Source: Pocillopora damicornis
Taxonomy: Eukaryota
Direction of reading: 5' to 3'
DNA: 64,000 nt
NCBI RefSeq assembly: GCF_003704095.1
Contig: NW_020846494.1
Span: 62,001 to 126,000 of the forward strand
Positions 45,511-58,300 of the stretch are shown here, in pieces (within the stretch, counting starts at the first letter, position 1; every line of letters starts with the position of its first letter). The translations under genes were made by a program, and so were the position numbers. Below the pieces are notes generated by a model that had not been told where the DNA came from, made no database searches, and saw only the letters and a program-made list of their open reading frames with translations.

Positions 45511-48315
45511 ATGGCCGAAAAAAAAGGCGAAGAAGTTCGAAAAAGGAACAAAGAAATACCCTCATGGGCACCTGGAGGAGCTGATTACGATCCAAACCTT
45601 CCTTATGGACCTAAAGTTTACGTGGCAAGACGAAAAAAACCGGATCCGTGGTGGGTAACAGCTATTGAGGTACGAAACAATTAACGAGTTCCTTCTGTGA
45701 TATTTATATTACTACAAAAAATTATTATTTTCATGTCTTAACTCGAGAATGGCAAGTTCTTGGTTTCCTTCTTTTCAAGAGTATTTTATGCTTTTGATAT
45801 CGTGTTCTTTCGTAATTTTTGCAGCATTCAGTTGTCTTGTTCGTACCTACTACGTTTATAAAAGTGCTTGTTTACACTGAAGATCGTGAATCAATTAAGG
45901 AGCTTATTGTTTTCAGTTTTCATTAACAGTAGTGCTTCTGGTATCGCTAATCGTGGAAGTGTTAGGCTACAGGTAAAGGAGATAAGGCAATACTATTAAT
46001 GTGCTGGTACTGTTGTTTTTTTAGGTTACAGTGGTAGTTGGTGTTCTGCTCTTCTTTGTGTACATGTATTATTATATGGATCATCTGCATTTTCATGTGC
46101 TGAACGCCTATGCCAACGTTGGAGTCTCACACGCACAGCATCATGTAGCACACAAATACCTCAATGGTAAGACACGGCTTTGAAAACTTCTATTCCTTCG
46201 AGTATAATCAATTTTTGGAATTTTTAGACACTCAGACATTAGGTATTTAAAATTTCGAAATGTTCATCTTAGATAAATTTTCTAGATTTAAGGATGAAAT
46301 AAATATTCTCAGGACTAACCAACAACTAATGTATTATCACCAGTTAAGAGAATCAGCTGGTAGTTCTCAGATTTCAAAGGTTATCAGCAATTGTAATCCA
46401 TCAAATTTTTCTGCTTGTGCATGAGAAGTATAAATGCATCAATTAACCAAATACTTTCCTTAAAACTGGGGAATTTGTGAATGATAGCCTTCATTTAGTA
46501 CAAATATATGCCTGGATATTTGTCTGTGGACATTATCTGTTCAGAGAAGCAAACAATGTACCAGTAGTGAGCTCAAAACAAAAGAGCTCACTTTTAGATT
46601 GAGTATCATTTTAAGAAAAACCAAAATAATCATAATGGCTGATCAAAATAAAGGAAAATACCCCTTAAAGCCAATGGTTGAGAGAAGAGCATGAATTTTC
46701 TGGACTAATTATGGAGAAAGGTGAAGCAAAGCCAAAGCAATCCCAGATTACTGTTGGCATTCCATTGAAAGCTATGCTATACCACTATTCTATTTAACTG
46801 ATTGCTACTTAAAAACCTAATTTTGTTTTATAGTATTATACCATTTACTTTGCTGTTCTTTTCAGGGCGTGGAGTATCAAAGGATGAAAAGATGGCCTTT
46901 TACTGGTTCAGGTTAGAGTGAATTATATGCATGGAGTATAATTTTCTCATTAGACATTTTGGTGTTTAGTATTGCAGAGTATTTTTTCACTCAATTTGCA
47001 CATTATTTGTACTCTCTCAACCAAGTAAATGACAGTTTGCTTGAACATGGAACAAAACCAAAAATAGAGTGATTCAGCCTATCAAGTTTGCATAAATACC
47101 AATCAGGTGCCAATTAGAAAACCTGGTAAAACTAGTTAAGAGAAGGTCTGATGTAAGAATTATGTGTGATGAAGTCTCAATTAGTTCTACTAGTCCCCTA
47201 AAAAGACTGCCAGAGTAATCTAAGTAAAGCAAAACCAATTCAAATCCAGGCTCATTTGTGGATGAAATTGAAAATGGCTCCTCTTTCCACAGGTGTTTGA
47301 CCATAACCTGAAACATTCTTTTCTTGAAAGAGAAAAATTCTGTTTATAGTGTCAGATTAAAATTTGCCTGTTGTAGCATGAAATATAATGTGGTGGAAAA
47401 ATATTTGTACATTCATTAAGAAATATTATTTTTTGAATTCCTTGTAAAGTATTGAAGTGTTTCAGTCAGTCATATTCAAGTAGTGGAAAAGGATGGGAGG
47501 GCAGGGGGGGTGGGTTGGAAGCTGAGAAGAAAAGGGACTGATGGAACAAGATAGATTGGGACGCAAGGAAGATATGCAAAAATGCAAACATTCTTGGTAA
47601 TAAAGATTCAGTAATCTTCAGTGTTTGAAAACAACGAATAGAAAGTCAAATGTGTGGGAGAGGGAGGAACATGGTGCAGAAGAGAGCTAATGTTGCCACC
47701 CCCCTCCCCACCCCCCTTTCCTCCCTCCCCCTCCCTCTTAAAATAATTAATTGTCAATTTAAAGGTATTATACTGTGGATTTTTGGTGGAAGATAATAAA
47801 TCATTAGGTCTACCCTCATATGAATGTTAATTTCTTTAGGTAATTATTTTATATTGTAGAGAAGCTGCAAAGAACGGACATGGCCATGGAGCTTACAATC
47901 TGGTGGCTGGACACTTACAAGGATATGATACAGATGTAGAAGAACAGTAAGAAGGACACTGTTTCTTCGAAACTATTGGGAAAATATATATCATTGAGTA
48001 ACTCTGTGCTTGAAAGATAAACTAGCAATGTTAAGCTCAAGCACCTCGGTCTTTCAGATTATTGCTGCAAATCTTAGAATAGTATCTTTCTACACTGTGT
48101 TGAACATTGTAGTCCTAGTATTGCAATACAAACTGTCTAAAACACAAAGTGTCTAAAATGGTGTGAAACAATTATTTCTGCCTCAAAAGTACTTAATGAG
48201 CTTTTTTCTTGTGGTTTTCAGTGAGGTGGAACCCCTTCTTAAAATGGCAGCAGATAATGGTGTAGAGGAAGCCAAAAAAGCTCTCAAGGACTTGTATCCA
48301 CATAGATACACATGA
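45511..48315 (+). CDS. Small single-pass membrane protein with Sel1-like repeats (175 aa; 182 aa from ATG 45490)
   Basis: Exons 45511-45669, 46025-46166, 46866-46911, 47860-47946, 48222-48315 (528 nt, GT-AG, open frame). TM segment AIEVTVVVGVLLFFVYMYYYM, then a Sel1 consensus AQHHVAHKYLNGRGVSKDEKMAFYWFREAAKNGH and a second degenerate repeat GAYNLVAGHLQG..LLKMAADNG. Confidence 0.88.
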
Positions 48316-49393
48316 CCCATTAAACTGGTTAGTTAATTATTTAGAGCTTATTGCTATTTTTGTTTTCTAGCATTCTTATAGTCCTCTCTGAAAAGGTGAC
48401 TTTGTGATAGTTGGGAAATTATTTTTCAGAGTACTTTGACTCCACAACCTGCAAGGAGAAATGCAGGATGGGGGGGACTCCAGTATGTTTTTAGTGGGGA
48501 AATGCTCAGTGACTCCCCAAATCTGGCCCTTCTTGGTTGGGGCGGGGAGGGGGGAAGAGAAATCCATTTGACTTCCAAGAGTCAAATGATCGACTAATTA
48601 ATTGATATTAAGTGAAAACTTTATCCTTGATTAATTTAGCTTTTACAGTGCTTTTTTTTTTGTAGCATCATTCAGCCTCTGAAACATGGGTTTTGTTTCA
48701 TTTTATTCTTCAGACTCTCGGTTTGGTTTCATGATGCCTTTCTTACACCTTGAAGAGTATGTTATACTGTATTTGATCTCTTGTTTAAAGGGTTATTCAG
48801 TAAATTTTGTTTGTTCAATTGCAAGTTTTGTTGGTGTGAAATGCATGTCAAGAAATAGAAGTTGAGAAACCAGATGTACCTCTCCCCCTCCTCTCCCTCA
48901 AATGAGTTTTTTTTCTTGCCAGCAATTCTTCTAAGACTATCCATTGTACATGTTACATAGTGTATCACCAACTTAGAAAAAGGAATTAAGCAGTTCATAT
49001 TGTTTTGGTTAGGTGTATTTACAGAACTGATTTGTTACAAAGATGAATGTGTTTGTCACAGACAAACAGCCAAATTCCTGTGCAGCTATGTTGAAATGGT
49101 TTATGATTTTTGGTTATCACTCAAAAGCCACTTGCCTTTTTGTATTGTCTTTATAAGTCACTAATTATGTAATTTAAAGACTTGGCTAAATTATAAAAAG
49201 GACAGGTTCAGAAATTTTTGCCGGTATCATTAAACTTTCAGCCAGAATGATATTTATTTAATGGAACAACTTATTCTTTATTAAAGAACGATACTGATCA
49301 ATTATCACTTCTAATCAGCACTCATTAGGGATACAGTCTTTTTCACTCACAAGTGAAAATTGTTTCAATATTTACCACGTCTTTCTTGTAAAG

Positions 49394-49678
49394 TTAACAA
49401 TTGGTTCATATGTCAGCGTACATTCATTGAGATATGAAGCACGCTGTTTGGAGAGCACGAAAGATGTGTAAGAGTTGCTTGAGTGCTCTCCAAACTTCCT
49501 AGGTGCTTTATGAACACACAGCTGACATATGAGCCAATTGTTTTATAACATTTTCAACCCAATGGAAAATTTTTTGTCACAGGGAATTTGTTTGCTGATG
49601 TCATGAGCTCGCACTATAGGAATATGAAGCATGCTCACACAATTGAATTTGATTAGACAAATTTACTAGCTGTTATAA
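49394..49678. mobile_element. Foldback/hairpin non-autonomous element
   Basis: AACAATTGGTTCATATGTCAGC ... GCTGACATATGAGCCAATTGTT (49396-49542) with inner GTTTGGAGAGCAC/GTGCTCTCCAAAC. Same family as 41698-41779. Right boundary approximate. Confidence 0.8.
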
Positions 49679-51135
49679 TGACAGTTGTTTCACTGCCTGT
49701 GATATATTATTGGTTGTATACATTTATTTATCATTGATTTTAGTGAACACAGAATTAATATATTCATTTGAGAATTAGTAATATAGTTTAAAAAGTTCAT
49801 TGGACTTAGTGAATAAAAATTAACCAAGGGAATTTAAAAGCTGCTGGAATGGCTCTAAACATACAAAATGGAGGAGTCTTCTTCAGTCTGAGAATGTTAA
49901 CAGAATGGCAGCCATTTTATAGACAGTATCAACAACTGTTTGTTGTTAAAAGTTAGTTTAGTTGCTGCTTTTGATGGTCAACCAAATGGACCTTAATTTA
50001 TGGAAACTGTTTGTGTTGTTAGTCCTCCTTATATAAACAAGATTTAGACCAAGTGGTTGGTTTATTGCTGACCACCCACTAGCCACTAAGAGGGCATCAT
50101 ATCAATTTTGTACATGTGGAGTTAACAAATAAATTATCAAAGGTTGCTGTGTTGTTTATATCTCTCTGTCACAGAGCATAATGAAATTGAATGTGGACAA
50201 ATATAAGCAGGATAACTCTCAAAGCTTTAAAAAATAAGTCAAAATGTACTTAAACCCTGGGCTGCAGAATCTCTTCCTTAGACTCTAGTGTTAAGTCATG
50301 GTTGAGGCATTGTGTTCTATTTTCTTTAAAAGTATGAATGCTTATTGGCAAACTGTTTGGGAAACTGATAAAATTCTAATAAGAGTACCAGCAGCACTTT
50401 GTACCACAGAAACCTGAAGCAAGCTTTGATAGTGATGAAATGCAAGAGGAAGGTTCCAATTACAACTGTCTGAGGTGGGTTAATCATAGCTACCCTAGCA
50501 TTTGAGACACAAAGCAGTATANNNNNNNNNNNNNNNNNNNNNNNNNNNNNNNNNNNNNNNNNNNNNNNNNNNNNNNNNNNNNNNNNNNNNNNNNNNNNNN
50601 NNNNNNNNNNNNNNNNNNNNNNNNNNNNNNNNNNNNNNNNNNNNNNNNNNNNNNNNNNNNNNNNNNNNNNNNNNNNNNNNNNNNNNNNNNNNNNNNNNNN
50701 NNNNNNNNNNNNNNNNNNNNNNNNNNNNNNNNNNNNNNNNNNNNNNNNNNNNNNNNNNNNNNNNNNNNNNNNNNNNNNNNNNNNNNNNNNNNNNNNNNNN
50801 NNNNNNNNNNNNNNNNNNNNNNNNNNNNNNNNNNNNNNNNNNNNNNNNNNNNNNNNNNNNNNNNNNNNNNNNNNNNNNNNNNNNNNNNNNNNNNNNNNNN
50901 NNNNNNNNNNNNNNNNNNNNNNNNNNNNNNNNNNNNNNNNNNNNNNNNNNNNNNNNNNNNNNNNNNNNNNNNNNNNNNNNNNNNNNNNNNNNNNNNNNNN
51001 NAAAGGAAAGTAAACTTAATTTAAAGCCTAAATGTTGCTCTCAACCTAAAAGTACTTATATTAATAGACCAACTTAAAACATATTTCTTGGTTGTGAATT
51101 TGTTTCTCATTAATCCCTTTTAATAAATGTAGACA

Positions 51136-51299
51136 TTGGATTCGATATTACTAATTTCTTCAAAGTTAAGCTCACAAATTTTGGACTCAATATTACTAAT
51201 CAATATTACTAATTTCTTCAAAGTTAAGCTCACAAATTTTGGACTTGATATTACTAATCGATATTACTAATTTCTTTAAAGTTAAGCTCACAAATTTTG
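51136..51299 (+). repeat. Tandem repeat, ~59-bp unit x~3
   Basis: ATATTACTAATTTCTT(C/T)AAAGTTAAGCTCACAAATTTTG occurs three times, with an internal ATATTACTAAT duplication. Confidence 0.9.
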
Positions 51300-52376
51300 C
51301 AATGTTTAAAAAAACTGTAACTTTAAATAACCTTGTATTAATACAATTTTCTTCTTCCTGTTTTGTGAAAATTTATTAACTTTTTAATTTGACAAAACCG
51401 AACATATATTGCAATTAAATTTTTGCAAGTCATATAAAATATAAATTTTTATATTCAGTGCAACCTGTAGATAAAACCTGGCCAATATCGATTATATAAA
51501 ATTAGACCTCTTTCAATGTTTAAATCTTAACAACAATTAATTTATAAAGTATGATTGGAGACAATTAAATGATAAGATATATTCTAATATTCACAGTTTC
51601 AAACACATTCACCAACAGGGTTTAATATTGTTTGAATAATTTGACTAAATGAGTCATACAACATAACTTTTTATCAAATTCTATTTGGTAAACTTTAAAT
51701 CTCTCAGTAATAGATTCTAAGTTCACTGTAGGACACTGTACATTTTCCAGTTGTAATGGCAGTGAAGTTCGATTCTTTAATTGCAACATCAACAATAACT
51801 ACTGTCTACAGCATCTTCCATGTTGCTCGTCAGCAGGGGTAAGCGGGTCGGCACATGTTCAATGCTGTCTCGGTGCAAGACTGACATCGGACGAACTTAT
51901 TCGTTACATATTTCTCGCTTTAAACCTGTAAGAAAAGAAAAAATTCAACTTGAGCACATAAAGAGACAATTGGTTAGGAGGTTTAACATTTATACTCCAT
52001 AAAAGACCTGCTACTATGAAGCATAAAATGCTGCCCAAAACGCAAGTAAACGCATCAGTTTCAGACATTGTTACTGCCCGATTTTTCAAGTAAAGTTACT
52101 TTTGCGTAGCAAATACACAATTCAGCGACTTTTATTTAGAACCCTTCAGTTAGCTATCATAAGGTTCCTTCTTCGTGTTAGATAAAAACTTGCCGCGCAA
52201 CAAACTAAACTAGCGTAACCTGACGTCTCTCTGCTGGTCGTAACAATGATTCGATAGACGAACGCCAAGAGGAGTAGTAAGATACGTAGTAAAGAATTTG
52301 TCTCTGCTACTCCAGAATTTTCCTTTGCTTCTGCGTGTCTGTTATCGGCATTGACGTTGTTGACGATGAACTCAAC

Positions 52377-55300
52377 TCACAACCTAGTAAAAGTAAACAA
52401 AGTATTCTTGGTTACCTCTGTAGTCTGTCCCTTTATTTTCTCGTTTTTCTCCTCGTCTTCTCCAAGGTTCTTTCCATTCTTAGGACTGGGAATTTCTAAC
52501 GAGTTTCGCCTCTTTGGGGAATTGTCCACGTGGGATTTCATCGATATCTTCTCTATAAATGATCTCCTCCGCGGTGCAGTGTTATAACTGTCTTTTTCCT
52601 TACTTGCTCTCCTTGTAACTGGTGAACCAACAAAACTGTCCTCAAGACTTCTCGATCTACTTCTATCCGTAAATTTCTCCCGTAGAGAAAAAGATTTGAA
52701 AAAATTATTTATCTTTTTGTCCTCCTTGTCCTCCTCTGGTGTCACAACAAGTTTGTCTTTTCCAAATTTGAGGCCCGGCGTTTCCTCAGCACTACTTTTT
52801 CTTCCATCAGAGAGATTTTCCATGCTGCCGGAGGTAACTTCCTCGACAAGTCTTTCTTTGTTATTCAGTTGTGCCAAAGGTGATTTCTCTGTAGATATTT
52901 TCCGCACTTTATTGCGTTTCCCACCAGATTTCGACAGTTTCTCTTCGAGCGGTGTTACAATGCTGGTTCGTATAGAGTTCTCTTCGTCCGTTGCAGGAAG
53001 ATTGAGGTCATAGACACCGCTACTGCTTGAAGACTCCATGCTTGAGGCAGTCTCTGAGCTAACAACTGATAGACGCTTCTTTGTCGAACGGGGACTGTAG
53101 GTGTTGGATGGTAGGGACTGAGTCCTAATAAGAGGCACATGAACAGCGTTGACTACCGGTTGGTATGGTGACGTGTCCCCGGGCTGGGTACTAGGAATTA
53201 CTAGAGGCGGTTGACTTCCAACACTAATACCTGTTGACGCTTCCGTTAAACCATACTCTGAAAATTGAAGATTAAACGATTTTTTTGAATGGGTTTAACT
53301 TCGCTCTGTGATTGGTCTAGACTGTTAGATCATGAATAAACGAACCACGAACGATCAAAAACATGAACTCACATTTCACATCGAACAAACAAACCAACGA
53401 AAGTACGATAACAGAAACGAAACACCTATGAGCGTACGCACGCACGTTTTAACGAACGAAGGCACTGGAGTAAGAACAACCGAGTGCATGCACATACACG
53501 CGAACTCACGTACGCACGCAGGCATCGATGTGTGACACAAGTTAAACACTCACCCCTATTTCGCATCGCTTGTTTCCACAGTAACCTTGTGATTTCTGTC
53601 ACCCAAGCCGTTTTCGCTTCGAAAGATTGTGCCTACAGATCAACAAAAGAAAACTGACGTCAATTGGGGACCTGGAAATTAAGTTTCAACACTAAATTCC
53701 GCAAGTCTTTGCCCCGAACACTTGATTGATATTTCTTTCAGTATCGAACTTCATGCACGATACAGAAAGGTGAAAGGGTTATCCTAAATCTGGTATCTGA
53801 ACAATACGTGATACGTGTAGAACACTGAAGCGAAAACACGAAAGAGTGTCTCTGGACATGAACTGCTGACCTGTAAAACGAATGTGTCATCTGGTTTCCT
53901 TCTTCTGAACCATAGTTCAAACTTGAGCCCACTGTCACCGACATTCTCCGTTAGACCCAAATCACTTGTCTAAATGAAAAGAAACAAATATCGGGGTCAG
54001 CAAACATTGAGACCATTACAGGAGATTGGATTGAGCAAAATCCGGCTTGGAAATACTCAAATGCACGTCAATAAAAAACAGAAGGGGTTCAAAAGATTTT
54101 AAAGTCCACACTGTTTTCACGAAGGACAAATTAAAACTAAAAAGCTGGGATAAAAAAAGTTGAGTTAAAAAAGGGGTGATTTCCTCGTTACTTAAAAAAT
54201 AGCGGTAGTGTTGGCATCCCTCTTTCCAAAATCTAAATACATATTTATTCCTGTTTGTATTTATAAACTAATCCAGTACCTTAAGGGAGTTTTTGTAGTA
54301 ATACAAGTCAACTCCTCCAGGCTGTTTCCTGACTTTGCTGAATATAACCAAATCATCCTGTAAGAAAATTCTCCGTTGATGCTTTTTCTTCCCATTCCAA
54401 ACAGTGAAGTTGTCTTGGCGTAATAGACGGCCCTGTTCTTTTAGATTTATCTGCAAGTGGATATTTGGTTTTAATTACAGTTCTGAATATAAACTAAAGT
54501 AAGAAAACCGTGCCTTTCAAAGATCGGGAAAAAGTAAAATCCAACTAAACAGTGTAGATAAAAATACGATAGCCACATGTTTATTACCCTTCGATCGGGT
54601 TCGCTTCTCACTTACGTGTAAGCGAACTTGGGAAATTGTGTTGGATCAGTTTTATTGGTGTCATCTGTCTTGTTCCTTGAAAATCTTTATCCTTATTTCC
54701 CTGTTGAGGCGCGACATGGTGTACTCAGAAAGAAGAGGTCCGAGTTTGCACCCTTGCTAGGTCATTGCACTGTAATCTTTGGCAAGACTATTTACTGGAA
54801 CAGCATCTCTCTCCGCCCTGGAGTATTAGTGACAACTAGCGAAATGTCAGGGAAACATGACGTTCTCCCATTTAGCTCAGAAAGTGGAGATAGGAACTTG
54901 CAAAAATGGACCATTGGGGACAGAAGACTACTGTTTTTCGCTTTTTTGCTTGTCCACCATTTTAAAGCACAATCATCCATAACAAGTGACGTTCTCTAAT
55001 ACTTACATCACAGCCCCTCAGTGAGTCCCAGGCCAGCAAGTCGTTCCCATGCCGCAGTTGGTATTTAACCATTTCTTCAGCAGCCTGGAAATAAAAGAAT
55101 CAATAGAAAATCAGCTACACTGCTGGCTGTTAGATAAAAGGCAATTTTTTATTCAAAAAAGCACTGCAACCATGATTCACACAACATTATCATATACCTT
55201 GAGCTCAGAGATTTTTGGATGTCCAACGCTGAGTGCCTTGATCATATCCTGTGATGGAACACAGATAATGCGTCAATCGTCTAAACAAATACGAGTAACG

Positions 55301-58300
55301 GATTGAAAACGTCTCGCGCCTGTCATTCTCAGTTCCACTATCAACAACATAATGCCAAGGAGGAGTATTGCTACCCTCCTCCCCCCCCGCTGGGTGACAT
55401 GCTCCTGAGTGAAGGAAGGCACTGAGAGTTAAGTGTTTTGCCCCAAAAACCCAACACAATGGACCAGCAAATTTCGAACTTTGACCTCTCCACCCGAGTC
55501 CAGGACGCGAGCCGTCTCATATTTAGTAAAGCGTCCCCTACGTGGGTATTTGAGGTCTTCTATGCTAAAAAGTACGCTCAGCAATTCTATTCTTCTCAGA
55601 GAAATTAGGAAATTTGGCTTTTATCCTTAAAGGTTATGTTTGACTTACGCGCAGCAAGAGACTGTACTTTCCCATCCGCTGAACTGGTTTTATAAGAAAA
55701 CTGCCGAGATCAAGTTTGTCTCCAAGTTCTTTTTGACGAGCCTGGAAGATATATAACATTAGTTTTACTCTTCTTGTTTACTACAAACTATAATGAATGC
55801 ATTTTAACGTCATTGGAGAAAAACGCCAGTTTCTAGTGACCTTAACTGAGAATAGAAAACTATAAGTAGAGAGCAAATCGTTACTTCGACCAAGTAACAC
55901 AAACATATCACGTACACGTTATAATAACCAAGCAGAACTTAAAACAAAAACACACTGCATAACATTTCAAAGTGTCTGACACCACCACCTGATCAGAATG
56001 GTTTGGATCTCGATAGGATCAGTGACATTGGAGGTTCATCTAACAAAATAAAAATAAATAAAAGCACGACTTACCCTGAAGTACACATTGCCATGATCAG
56101 AGAGCAGTTGATCTGAACGGGGCTTGTTCTTGTTATACAAAGCGTACAAATAAAACTGGCGCTCCTACAAACACATCATACAGGCATATCCTCTATCAGA
56201 CGACTTGCAACTAAATTAATTGAATACACTTAACTCAACTCGTTTCACTCGGCAATCCGAACTTAGTTTGCAAGGAACATAATACATCTATGAAATCCAG
56301 CACAAGATGGCTAAGTGACCCTTTGCAATATCCTTGTTTTATCAAAATAGATTCCCTTTCTACTTTCACACGTACCCATTTCAGGAAACAACTCCCAATG
56401 TCCAGGAATCTATCCTTGCATGCTTCTAGTTCCTGTAGGAAATACCTACAAGGCAAAAAGAATTGACACTCAACATATACATGCCATCTGGAAGGCAAAC
56501 AAAACGTTGATCTTAACTTCACGTATTTCATCACACGCGATACGCACTTATAACACAAAACGATTTCCTTTCAGCTGGTTACCGTTGTTTGAACACGACT
56601 CTTACCTTTTGTGAAAATCGTGAATTCTCTCTATGTTTCCAAACAGAATGTTTTTCTTTCCTTTCAAAGAGGGAAGTAAATCTGGGTTATCCATCTCTAC
56701 AATGTAATTCTACAACAAAACGAAAATCAAAATGAACACTGATGTATGAGCCGTATCGCCAACCAATAATAACCATAAAAATCTTAACTCGTCTTTTTAC
56801 CCACTCTATAAAATTTTACAATATTTCAACTCACATCCATGATGTACTGCAGCGATTTGACATAGTCCCTCTCGGTGTCAACCATTTCTTGAAATATGTA
56901 CATCAGCTTTCTAGGATCGAACAAGTAAACAAATCAACACAGCTGTACAAAGGGCAGCCATTACTAGTGATATGTTAAACGAACAACGAGGCAGGGAGAG
57001 AAAAAAGAACTGGATACGATTTAAGCCGAGATTTGCAACAATTCGTTTAGAAATACGTGAATTTACCTAAGTTGCTTCAAGGTTGCAAGTTGCCATATTT
57101 TTCAAGGTGTGAGGAAACATTTACAAATTTCTTAACACTTAAATCAAGGCCACTTACTCCTCCGTGCGGGGATTCAGCGGTGGCATTTCTTCAACAATGG
57201 GAAGTTCATTCTAAAAAAAAAAGAAAAAAGGCAATTTCCAACAAAATAAACCCCTTAACAGAGAAATTTTTTCATAGCAAAATAAAATTCTATTACTAAT
57301 CTATTACCAAGTGTTACCTCTTTCCATGAATATAAGGCAGAGGGTGGGGTACATGATGATCTCCGCCGTCGAGAAGGCGCCTCCACGTGCGTAATCGGTT
57401 TGTCCGCTTCATCTTCACTCTCACCCAAGTCCCTATCGTCCTCGGCCACGTCCTCTTCTCGGCCAGGACTGGAAGAAGTAGACTCATCACTACCACCAGT
57501 AGTGGTGCTGCTAACTTCGCTTGAAGGGTGACCCTGGAGGAACCAGATATCAGAAGAAAAGAAAGTTCATACATACATACATACATTCAGTTGACTCCTG
57601 AGAAGTTAATCTCGCGCTTACTAGAATCAATATCTATTTTCATCTGATTTACCTCCTGTGTTAAAAGCTATTTCTCCCTAAACAACTCAAAACCTTGTTT
57701 CAAAGTGCAATACAGTATTCTTCGTTACTTCGTTTTGTCAGCAATATTTGGTTCCGTTTCTAACCCTTAACGTTTGAACAGAAGTTAAACATGTCAGGAA
57801 AGATGTTTTTCTTTTAGTTCTTTAGTTCTTCTTTAATCTCATTCATTCCTCTCATCATTGCCCTTTGGTAAAACTTTTTACGATTTTCCTTAACGATCAG
57901 CTGCACTAAACAATTGCCTTACTGTCAAAACACTCTCCGAAAAGAGGCCAAAAAAGAATTTTCCAGTGAAGGATCGCCCCTTTGGACCTCCTGTTAGCTA
58001 ATTCTAGATCGCTACATGTTATGTATGCGAAAAGCGGCTCTGTGCTCTGAGTCACAAAAAACACTTGAATCGCAAACTCACCGATAGTCTCTCCTCAGCT
58101 CTGCGTAGAGTCTCCTGTCGCTTCTGTAACATGTCTAAAATTTCCTTGTATCTTGTCAATATATTTTCAGCGATTTTGACCGGTTTAGCGCTTCCCAAAT
58201 TTGTGGCCAGCTCAGAGATCCTGTTGAGCCGGCTTTCACTCCACACTGGAGTATCTTCCAGGTATTTTTCCAAAGCCCGTGACAGCGCCGTGACTCCTTC

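Noticed and set aside
50502-51077. ORFs spanning N runs (also 30553-30804)
   Set aside because: Artefacts of assembly gaps.
52351-53140. Plus-strand and alternative-frame ORFs over the RhoGEF tail exon
   Set aside because: Antisense or frame shadows of a Ser/Lys/Glu-rich exon, with no independent gene signals.
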